Positions 26,101-37,489 of a stretch of DNA of 64,000 bases are shown in pieces. Origin of the DNA: Centroscyllium fabricii (lineage: Eukaryota); NCBI GenBank assembly GCA_051313645.2, contig JBNRSN020000167.1, positions 186,001 to 250,000 of the forward strand, written 5' to 3'. The position numbers and the translations under genes were made by a program. Under the pieces are notes generated by a model. The model ran no database searches. It was not told the DNA's origin and saw nothing but the letters and a program-made list of their open reading frames with translations. The stretch's first letter is position 1. Every line of letters begins with the position of its first letter.

Positions 26101-29100
26101 AGCAACGCCGTCTCCCAGCAATGCCGTCTCCCAGCAATGCCGTCTACCAGCAATGCAGTCTACCAGCAAGGCAGTCTCCCAGCAACATCATCTCCAAGTA
26201 ACGCAGTCTCCTGTTAATGCATTCTCCCAGTAACGCATTCTCCCAGTAACGCAGTCTCCCAGCAACATCGTCTCCCAGCACAGCAGTCTCCCAGTAATGA
26301 AGTCTCCCAGTAATGAAGTCTCCCAGCCACATCGTCTCCCAGTAATGCAGACGCCCAGTAATGCAGTCTCCCATTAAGGCTGTCACCCAATAATGCCGTT
26401 TCCCAGCAACGCAGATTCCCAGTAACACAGTCTCCCAGTAACACAGTCTCCCAGTAACACTGTCTTCCAGCAACATCTTCTCCCAGTAACGCAGTCTCCC
26501 AGCAACGCAGTCTCCCAGCAATACAGTCTCCATGTAACACAGTCGCCCAGTAACGCAGTCTCCCAGTAACGCAGTCTCCCAGTAACACAGTCTCCCAGTA
26601 ACACACTCTACCAGTAATGCAGTCTAGCAGTAATGCAGTCTCCCAGCAACGCAGTCCCCCAGTAACGCAGTCACCCAGCAACAACTTCTACCAGTAACAC
26701 AGTCTACCAGTGACATCATCTCCCAGTAACGCAGTCTCCCAGTAACGCAGTCTCCCAGTAATGCAGTCTCCTAGTAACGCAGTCTCCCAGTAACGCAGCC
26801 TCCCAGTTACATCGTCTCACAGTAACGCAGTCTCCCAGTAATGCAGTATCCCAGTAAGGCAGTCTCCCAGTAACGCAGTCTCCCAGCAACATCTTCTACC
26901 AGTAATGTAGTCTCCCAGCAACGCAGTCGCCCAGCAACGCAGTCTCCCAGTAATGCAGCATACCAGTAATGCAGTCTGCCAGTAGCGCAATCACCCAGAA
27001 ATGCAGTCTCCCAGCAACGCAGTCTCCCAGTAACACAGTAATGCAGTCTCCCAGTAACGCAGTCTCCCAGCAACGCATTCTCCCAGACACGCAGTCTCGC
27101 AGCCACGCAGCCTCCCAGCAACGCAGCCTCCCAGCAACGCAGTCACCCAGTAATGCAGTCTCCCAGTAACGCAGTCTCCAGTCTCTCAGTAACATAGTCT
27201 CCCAGCGACGCAGTCTCCCAACAACGTAGTCTCCCAGCAACGCAGTCTCCCAGCAACGCAGTCTCCCAGCAATGCAGTCTCCCAGCAACACAGTCTCCCA
27301 GTAATGCAGTCTGCCAGTAATGCAGTCTCCCAGTAACGCAGTCTCCAGTAACGCAGTCTCCCAGTAATGCAGTCCCCCAGTAATGCAGTCTCCCAGTTAC
27401 GCAGTCTCCCAGTAATGCAGTCCCCCAGTAATGCAGTCTCCCAGTAACGCAGTCTGCCAGCAACATTGTCTCCCAGTAACACAGTCTCCCAGCAACCGTC
27501 ACCCAGCAAAGCAGCCTCCCAGCAATTCAGTCTCCCAAGCAACATCTCCCAGAAACGCAGTCTCCCAGCAATGCAGTCTCCCAGCAGCATTTTCTCCCTG
27601 TAACGCAGTCTCCCAGTAAGGCAGGCTCCCAGTAACGCATTGCCCCAGTAATGCAGTCTCCCAGTAATGCAGTCTCCCAGCAAGATCCTCTCCCAGCAAA
27701 GCAGTCTCCCAGCAATTCAGTCTCCCAGTAATGATGTCTCCCAGCAACATTGTCTCCCAGTAATGCAGTCTCCCAGTAATGCAGTCTCCCAGTAATGCAG
27801 TATTCCAGCAATGCAGTCTCCCAGTAACACAGTTACCCAATAATGCCGTCTCCCAGCAATGCAGTATCCCAGTAATACAGTCTCCCAGTAACACTGTCTC
27901 CCAGCAACATCTTCTCCCAGTAACGCAGTCTCCCAGCAACGCAGTCTCCCAGCAACGCAGTCTCCCAGTAACGCAGTCTCCCAGTAATGCAGTCTGCCAG
28001 TAACGCAGTATACCAGTAATGCAGTCTCCCAACAACGCTGTCTCCCAGTAATGCAGTCCCCCCGCAACACAGTCTCCTAGTTACGCAGTCTCCCAGTAAT
28101 GCAGTCTCCCAGCAACGCAGTCTCCCAGCAAAGCAGTCTCCAAGTAACGCAGTCTCCCAGTAACGCAGTCTCCCGGTAACGCAGTCTCCAAGTAAACATC
28201 ATCTCCCAGTAACGCAGTCTCCCAGCAATGCAGTTGCCAAGTAACGCAGTCCCCCAGTAATGCAGTCTACCAATAATGCAGTCTACCAGCAATGCAGTCT
28301 CCCAGCAATGCAGTCTACCAGCAATGCAGTCTCCTAGTAATGCAGTCGCCCATTAATGCAGTGTCCCAGTAATGCAGTCTCCCAGTAATGCAGTCTCTCA
28401 GTAATGCAGTCTCTCAGTAATGCAGTCTCCCAGTAATGCAGTCTCCCAGTAATGCAGTCTCCCAGTAATGCAGTCTCCCAGTAATGCAGTCTCCCAGTAA
28501 TGCAGTCTCCCAGTAATGCAGTCTCCCAGTAATGCCGATTCGCAGTAATGCCGTCTCTCAGTATTGCCGTCTGCCAGTAATGCAGTCTCCCAGTAATGCA
28601 GTCGTCCAGTAATGCTGTCTCCCAGTAATGCAGTCTTCCAGTAATGCAGACTCCCAGTAATGCAGTATCCCAGCAATGCAGTCTCCCAGCAATGCCGTCT
28701 CCCAGCAATGTTGTCTCCCAGGAACGCTGTCTCCCAGCAACGCCATCTCCCAGCAACGCCGTCTCCCAGCAACGCAGTCTACCAGCAAGGCATTCTCCCA
28801 GCAAGGCAGTCTCCCAGCAAGGCAGTCTCCCAGGAAGGCAGTCTCCCAGGAATGCAGTCTCCCAGGAAGGCAGTCTCCCAGGAATGCAGTCTCCCAGGAA
28901 TGCAGTCTCCCAGGAATGCAGTCTCCCAGTAATGGAGTCTCCCAGTAATGCAGTCTCCCAGTAAAGCAGTCTCCCAGTCATGCAGTCTCCCAGTCATGCA
29001 GTCTCCCAGTAATGCATTGTCCCAGCAACGCAGTATACCAGCAACATAGTCTCCCAGCAACGCAGTCTCCAAGCAACGCAGACTCCCAGCAACGCAGTCC

Positions 29101-32100
29101 CCCAGCAATGCAGTCTCCCAGCAACGCAGTCCCCCAGTAACGCAGTGCCCCAGCAACGCAGTAATGAAGTCTCCCAGTAATGAAGTCTCCCAGCCACATT
29201 GTCTCCCAGTAATGCAGACGCCCAGTAATGCAGTCTCCCAGCAATGCAGTCTCCCATTAATGCAGTCACCCAATAATGCCGTTTCCCAGCAACGCAGATT
29301 CCCAGTAACACAGTCTCCCAGTAACACTGTCTTCCAGCAACATCTTCTCCCAGTAAAGCAGTCTCCCAGCAACGCATTCTCCCAGCAACGCAGTCTCCCA
29401 GCAATACAGTCTCCATGTAACACAGTCGCCCAGTAACGCTGTCTCCCAGTAACGCAGTCTCCCAGTAACACAGTCTCCCAGTAACACACTCTACCAGTAA
29501 TGCAGTCTAGCAGTAATGCAGTCTCCCAGTAACGCAGTCCCCCAGTAACGCAGTCACCCAGCAACAACTTCTACCAGTAACACAGTCTACCAGTGACATC
29601 ATCTCCCAGTAACACAGTCTCCCAGTAACGCAGTCTCCCAGTAACGCAGTCTCCTAGTAACGCAGTCTCCCAGTAACGCAGCCTCCCAGTTACATCGTCT
29701 CACAGTAACGCAGTCTCCCAGTAATGCAGTATCCCAGTAACGCAGTCTCCCAGTAACGCAGTCTCCCAGCAACATCTTCTACCAGTAATGTAGTCTCCCA
29801 GCAACGCAGTCGCCCAGCAACGCAGTCTCCCAGTAATGCAGCATACCAGTAATGCAGTCTGCCAGTAGCGCAATCACCCAGAAATGCAGTCTCCCAGCAA
29901 CGCAGTCTCCCAGTAACACAGTAATGCAGTCTCCCAGTAATGCAGTCTCCCAGTAACGCAGTCTCCCAGCAACGCATTCTCCCAGACACGCAGCCACGCA
30001 GCCTCCCAGCAACGCAGTCTCCCAGCAACGCAGTCACCCAGTAATGCAGTCTCCCAGTAACGCAGTCTCCCAGTCTCTCAGTAACAGAGTCTCCCAGCGA
30101 CGCAGTCTCCCAACAACATAGTCTCCCAGCAACGCAGTCTCCCAGCAACGCAGTCTCCCAGCAATGCAGTCTCCCAGCAACACAGTCTCCCAGTAATGCA
30201 GTCTGCCAGTAATGCAGTCTCCCAGTAACGCAGTCTCCCAGCAACGCAGTCTCCCAGCAATGCAGTCTCCCAGCAACACAGTCTCCCAGTAATGCAGTCT
30301 GCCAGTAATGCAGTCTCCCAGTAACGCAGTCTCCAGTAACGCAGTCTCCCAGTAATGCAGTCCCCCAGTAATGCAGTCTCCCAGTTATGCAGTCTCCCAG
30401 CAACATTGTCTCCCAGTAACGCAGTCTCCCAGCAACCGTCACCCGGCAAAGCAGCCTCCCAGCATTTCAATCTCCCAAGCAACATCTCCCAGTAACGCAG
30501 TCTCCCAGCAATGCAGTCTCCCAGCAGCATTTTCTCCCTGTAACGCAGTCTCCCAGTAAGGCAGGCTCCCAGTAACGCATTGCCCCAGTAACACAGTCTC
30601 CCAGTAATGCAGTCTCCCAGCAAGATCCTCTCCCAGCAAAGCAGTCTCCCAGCAATTCAGTCTCCCAGTAATGATGTCTCCCAGCAACATTGTCTCCCAG
30701 TAATGCAGTCTCCCAGTAATGCAGTATCCCAGCAATGCAGTCTCCCAGTAACACAGTTACCCCATAATGCCGTCTCCCAGCAATGCAGTATCCCAGTAAT
30801 ACAGTCTCCCAGTAACACTGTCTCCCAGCAACATCTTCTCCCAGTAACGCAGTCTCCCATCAACGCAGTCTCCCAGCAACGCAGTCTCCCAGCAATGCAG
30901 TCTCCCAGTAATGCAGACTGCCAGTAACGCAGTATACCAGTAATGCAGTCTCCCAACAAAGCTGTCTCCCAGTAACGCAGTCCCCCCGCAACACAGTCTC
31001 CTAGTTACGCAGTCTCCCAGTAACGCAGTCTCCAAGTAACGCAGTCTCCCGGTAACGCAGCCTCCAAGTAAACATCATCTCCCAGTAACGCAGTCTCCCA
31101 GCAATGCAGTTGCCAAGTAACGCAGTCCCCCAGTAATGCAGTCTACCAACAATGCAGTCTACCAGCAATGCAGTCTGCCAGCAATGCAGTCTCCCAGCAA
31201 TGTCGTCTCCCAGCAATGCAGTATGCCAGCAATTCAGTCTCCCAGCAATGCAGTCTACCAGCAATGCAGTCTCCTAGTAATGCAGTCGCCCATTAATGCA
31301 GTGTCCCAGTAATGCAGTCTCCCAGTAATGCAGTCTCTCAGTAATGCAGTCTCTCAGTAATGCAGTCTCCCAGTAATGCAGTCTCCCAGTAATGCAGTCT
31401 CCCAGTAATGCAGTCTCCCAGTAATGCAGTCTCCCAGTAATGCAGTCTCCCAGTAATGCAGTCGCCCAGTAATGCAGTCTCCCAGTAATGCAGTCTCCCA
31501 GTAATGCAGTCTCCCAGTAAAGTAGTTTCCCAGTAATGCAGTCTCCCAGTAATGCAGTCTCCCAGTAATGCAGTCTCCCAGTAATGCCGATTCGCAGTAA
31601 TGCCGTCTCTCAGTATTGCCGTCTGCCAGTAATGCAGTCTACCAGCAATGCAGTCTGCCAGCAATGCAGTCTCCCAGCAATGTCGTCTCCCAGCAATGCA
31701 GTATGCCAGCAATTCAGTCTCCCAGCAATGCAGACTACCAGCAATGCAGTCTCCTAGTAATGCAGTCGCCCATTAATGCAGTCTCCCAGTAATGCAGTCT
31801 CCCAGTAATGCAGTCTCTCAGTAATGCAGTCTCCCAGTAATGCAGTCTCCCAGTAATGCAGTCTCCCAGTAATGCAGTCTCCCAGTAATGCAGTCTCCCA
31901 GTAATGCAGTCTCCCAGTAATGCAGTCTCCCAGTAATGCAGTCTCCCAGTAATGCAGTCTCCCAGTAATGCAGTTTCCCAGCAATGCAGTCTCCCAGCAA
32001 TGCCGTCTCCCAGCAATGTTGTCTACCAGGAACGCAGTCTCCCAGCAACGCCGTCTCCCAGCAACGCCGTCTCCCAGCAACGCCGTCTCCCAGCAACGCA

Positions 32101-35100
32101 GTCTACCAGCAAGGCAGTCTCCCAGCAAGGCAGTCTCCCAGCAAGGCAGTCTCCCAGGAAGGCAGTCTCCCAGGAATGCAGTCTCCCAGGAAGGCAGTCT
32201 CCCAGGAATGCAGTCTCCCAGGAATGCAGTCTCCCAGGAATGCAGTCTCCCAGTAATGGAGTCTCCCAGTAATGCAGTCTCCCAGTAATGCAGTCTCCCA
32301 GTAAAGCAGTCTCCCAGTCATGCAGTCTCCCAGTAATGCAGTGTCCCAGCAACGCAGTATACCAGCAACATAGTCTCCCAGCAACCCAGTCTCCAAGCAA
32401 CACAGACTCCCAGCAAAGCAGTCCCCCAGCAATGCCGTCTCCCAGCAACGCAGTCCCCCAGTAACGCAGTGCCCCAGCAACGCAGTCTGCCAGCAATGCA
32501 GTCTCCCAGCAACGCAGTCTCCCAGTAACGCAGTCTCCCAGTAATTAAGTCTCCCAGTAATGAAGTCTCCCAGCCACATCGTCTCCCAGTAATGCAGACG
32601 CCCAGTAATGCAGTCTCCCAGCAATGCAGTCTCCCATTAATGCAGTCACCCAATAATGTCGTTTCCCAGCAACGCAGATTCCCAGTAACACAGTCTCCCA
32701 GTAACACTGTCTTCCAGCAACATCTTCTCCCAGTAACGCAGTCTCCCAGCAACGCAGTCTCCCAGCAACACAGTCTCCATGTACCACTGTCGCCCAGTAA
32801 CGCAGTCTCCCAGTAACGCAGTCTCCCAGTAACACAGTCTCCCAGTAATACACTCTACCAGTAACGCAGTCTAGCAGTAAAGCAGTCTCCCAGCAACGCA
32901 GTCCCCCAGTAACGCAGTCACCCAGCAACAACTTCTACCAGTAACACAGTCTACCAGTGACATCATCTCCCAGTAACGCAGTCTCCCAGTAACGCAGTCT
33001 CCCAGTAACGCAGTCTCCTAGTAACGCAGTCTCCCAGCAACATCTTCTACCGGTAATGCAGTCTCCCAGCAATGCAGTCGCCCAGCAACGCAGTCTCCCA
33101 GTAACACAGTAAGGCAGTCTCCCAGTAATGCAGTCTCCCAGTAACGCAGTCTCCCAGCAACGCATTCTCCCAGACACGCAGTCTCGCAGCCACGCAGCCT
33201 CCCAGCAACGCAGTCTCCCAGCAACGCAGCCATCCAGTAATGCAGTCTCCCAGTAACGCAGTCTCCCAGTCTCTCAGTAACATAGTCAACCAGCGACGCA
33301 GTCTCCCAGCAACGTAGTCTCCCAGCAATGCAGTCTCCCAGCAATGCAGTCTCCCAGCAACACAGTCTCCCAGTAATGCAGTCTGCCAGTAATGCAGTCT
33401 CCCAGTAACGCAGTCTCCAGTAACGCAGTCTCCCAGTAATGTAGTCCCCCAGTAATGCAATCTCCCAGTAACGCAGTCTCCCAGCAACATTGTCTCCCAG
33501 TAACGCAGTCTCCCAGCAACCGTCACCCGGCAAAGCAGCCTCCCAGCATTTCAGTCTCCCAAGCAACATCTCCCAGTAATGCAGTATCCCAGCAATGCAG
33601 TCTCCCAGCAACGCCGTCTCCCAGCAACGCCGTCTCCCAGCAACGCCGTCTCCCAGCAACGCAGTCTACCAGCAAGGCAGTCTCCCAGCAACATCGTCTC
33701 CCAGTAACGCAGTCTCCCGTTAATGCATTCTCCCAGTAACGCATTCTCCCAGTAACGCAGTCTCCCAGCAACATCATCTCCCAGCACAGCAGTCTCCCAG
33801 TAATGAAGTCTCCCAGTAATGAAGTCTCCCAGCCACATCGTCTCCCAGTAATGCAGACGCCCAGTAATGCAGTCTCCCATTAATGCTGTCACCCAATAAT
33901 GCTGTTTCCCAGCAACGCAGATTCCCAGTAACACAGTCTCCCAGTAACACAGTCTCCCAGTAACACTGTCTTCCAGCAACATCTTCTCCCAGTAACGCAG
34001 TCTCCCAGCAACGCAGTCTCCCAGCAATACAGTCTCCATGTAACACAGTCGCCCAGTAACACAGTCTCCCAGTAACACACTCTACCAGTAATGCAGTCTA
34101 TCAGTAATGCAGTCTCCCAGCAACGCAGTCCCCCAGTAACGCAGTCACCCAGCAACAACTTCTACCAGTAACACAGTCTACCAGTGACATCATCTCCCAG
34201 TAACGCAGTCTCCCAGTAACGCAGTCTCCCAGTAACGCAGTCTCCTAGTAACGCAGTCTCCCAGTAACGCAGCCTCCCAGTTACATCGTCTCACAGTAAC
34301 GCAGTCTCCCAGTAATGCAGTATCCCAGTAACGCAGTCTCCCAGTAACGCAGTCTCCCAGCAACATCTTCTACCAGTAATGTAGTCTCCCAGCAACGCAG
34401 TCGCCCAGCAACGCAGTCTCTCAGTAATGCAGCATACCAGTAATGCAGTCTGCCAGTAGCGCAATCACCCAGAAATGCAGTCTCCCAGCAACGCAGTCTC
34501 ACAGTAATGCAGTCTCCCAGTAATGCAGTCTCCCAGTAACGCAGTCTCCCAGCAACGCATTCTCCCAGACATGCAGTCTCGCAGCCACGCAGCCTCCCAG
34601 TAACGCAGTCTCCCAGCAACGCAGTCACCCAGTAATGCAGTCTCCCAGTAATGCAGTCTCCCAGTCTCTCAGTAACATAGTCTCCCAGCGACGCAGTCTC
34701 CCAACAACGTAGTCTCCCAGCAACGCAGTCTCCCAGCAACGCAGTCTCCCAGCAATGCAGTCTCCCAGCAACACAGTCCCCCAGTAATGCAGTCTGCCAG
34801 TAATGCAGTCTCCCAGTAATGCAGTCTCCAGTAACGCAGTCTCCCAGTAATGCAGTCCCCCAGTAATGCAGTCTCCCAGTTACGCAGTCTCCCAGCAACA
34901 TTGTCTCCCAGTAACGCAGTCTCCCAGCAACCGTCACCCGGCAAAGCAGCCTCCCAGCATTTCAATCTCCCATGCAACATCTCCCAGTAACGCAGTCTCC
35001 CAGCAATGCAGTCTCCCAGCAGCATTGTCTCCCTGTAATGCAGTCTCCCAGTAAGGCAGGCTCCCAGTAATGCATTGCCCCAGTAACACAGTCTCCCAGT

Positions 35101-37400
35101 AATGCAGTCTCCCAGCAACATCCTTTCCCAGCAAAGCAGTCTCCCAGCAATTCAGTCTCCCAGTAATGATGTCTCCCAGCAACATTGTCTCCCAGTAATG
35201 CAGTCTCCCAGTAATGCAGTCTCCCAGTAATGCAGTATCGCAGCAATGCAGTCTACCAGTAACACAGTTACCCAATAATGCCGTCTCCCAGCAATGCAGT
35301 AACCCAGTAATACAGCCTCCCAGTAACACTGTCTCCCAGCAACATCTTCTCCCAGTAACGCAGTCTCCCAGTAACGCAGTCTCCCAGCAATGCAGCCTCC
35401 CAGCAATGCAGTCTCCCAGTAACGCAGTCTCCCAGTAATGCAGTCTGCCAGTAATGCAGTATACCAGTAATGCAGTCTCCCAACAACGCTGTCTCCCAGT
35501 AACGCAGTCCCCCTGCAACACAGTCTCCTAGTTACGCAGTCTCCCAGTAACGCAGACTCCCAGCAACGCAGTCTCCCAGCAAAGCAGTCTCCAAGTAACG
35601 CAGTCTCCCAGTAACGCAGTCTCCCGGTAACGCAGTCTCCAAGTAAACATCATCTCCCAGTAACGCAGACTCCCAGCAATGCAGTTGCCAAGTAACGCAG
35701 TCTCCCAGTAATGCAGTCTACCAACAATGCAGTCTACCAGCAATGCAGTCTGCCAGCAATGCAGTCTTCCAGCAATGTCGTCTCCCAGCAATGCAGTATG
35801 CCAGCAATTCAGTCTCCCAGCAATGCAGTCTACCAGCAATGCAGTCTCCCAGTAATGCAGTCGCCCATTAATGCAGTGTCCCAGTAATGCAGTGTCCCAG
35901 TAATGCAGTCTCCCAGTAATGCAGTCTCTCAGTAATGCAGTCTCTCAGTAATGCAGTCTCCCAGTAATGCAGTCTCCCAGTAATGCAGTCTCCCAGTAAT
36001 GCAGTCTCCCAGTAATGCCGATTCGCAGTAATGCCGTCTCTCAGTATTGCCGTCTGCCAGTAATGCAGTCTCCCAGTAATGCAGTCGTCCAGTAATGCAG
36101 TCTCCCAGTAATGCAGTCTTCCAGTAATGCAGTCTCCCAGTAATGCAGTATCCCAGCAATGCAGTCTCCCAGCAATGCCGTCTCCCAGCAATGTTGTCTC
36201 CCAGTAACACAGTTACCCAATAATGCCGTCTCCCAGCAATGCAGTATCCCAGTAATACAGTCTCCCAGTAACACTGTCTCCCAGCAACATCTTCTCCCAG
36301 TAACGCAGTCTCCCAGCAATGCAGTCTCCCAGTAATGCAGTCTCCCAGTAATGCAGTCTCCCAGTAACGCAGCCTACCAGTAACGCAGTCTACCAGTAAT
36401 GCAGTCACCCAGCAACGCAGTCTCCCAGTAACGCAGTCCCCCAGCAACACAGTCTCCTAGTTACGCAGTCTTCCAGTAACGCAGTCTCCCAGCAACGCCG
36501 TCTCCAAGTAATGCAGTCTCCCAGTAATGCAGTCTCCCAGTAAAGCAGTCTCCCAGTAAACATCATCACCCAGTAATGCAGTCTACCAGCAATGCAGTCT
36601 ACCAGCAATGCAGTCTGCCAGCAATGCAGTCTCCCAGCAATGCCGTCTCCCAGCAATGCAGTCTCCCAGTAATGCAGTCTCCCATTAATGCAGTGTCCCA
36701 GTAATGCAGTGTCCCAGTAATGCAGTGTCCCAGTAATGCAGTGTCCCAGTAATGCAGTCTCTCAGTAATGCAGTCTCCCAGTAATGCAGTCTCCCAGTAA
36801 TGCAGTCTCCCAGTAATGCAGTCTCCCAGTAATGCAGTCTCCAATTAATGCAGACCCCCAGTAATGCAGTCTCCCAGTAATGCAGTCTCCCAGTAATGCA
36901 GTCTCCCAGTAATGCCATCTCCCAGTAATGCCGTCTCCCAGTAATGCCGTCTCCCAGTAATGCCGTCTCCCAGTGTTGCCGTCTCCCAGTAATGCTGTCT
37001 GCCAGTAATGCAATCGCCCAGTAATGCAGTCTTCCAGTAATGCAGTCTCCCAGTAATGCAGTCTCCCAGTAATGCAGTCTCCCAGCAATGCAGTATCCCA
37101 GCAATGCAGTCTCCCAGCAATGCCGTCTCCCAGCAATGTCGTCTCCCAGGAACGCCGTCTCCCAGCAACGCCATCTCCCAGCAACGCCGTCTCCCAGCAA
37201 CGCAGTCTCCCAGCAAGGCAGTCTCCCAGCAAGGATATCTCCCAGCAAGGCAGTCTCCCAGCAATGCAGTCTCCCAGGAATGCAGTCTCCCAGGAATGCA
37301 ATCTCCCAGGAATGCAGTCTCCCTGGAATGCTGTCTCCCAGTAATGCAGTCTCCCAGTAATGCAGTCTCCCAGTAATGCAGTCTCCCAGTAATGCAGTCT
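23200..37400. repeat. Satellite layer with ~2.7-3.1 kb higher-order units and partial copies
   Basis: A 14-bp deletion monomer CAACCGTCACC occurs at 23513, 24795, 27493, 30433, 33517 and 34928. GCCGATTCGCAG occurs at 28534, 31586 and 36017, and GCACAGCAG at 26278 and 33784. ORF-track pairs 26383/29266 and 26807/29690 are offset by 2883. Confidence 0.85.
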
Positions 37401-37489
37401 CCCAGTAACGCAGTCTCCCAGTAACGCAGTCTCCCAGTAACGCAGTCTCCCAGTAACGCAGTCTCCCAGTAACGCAGTCTCCCAGTAAC

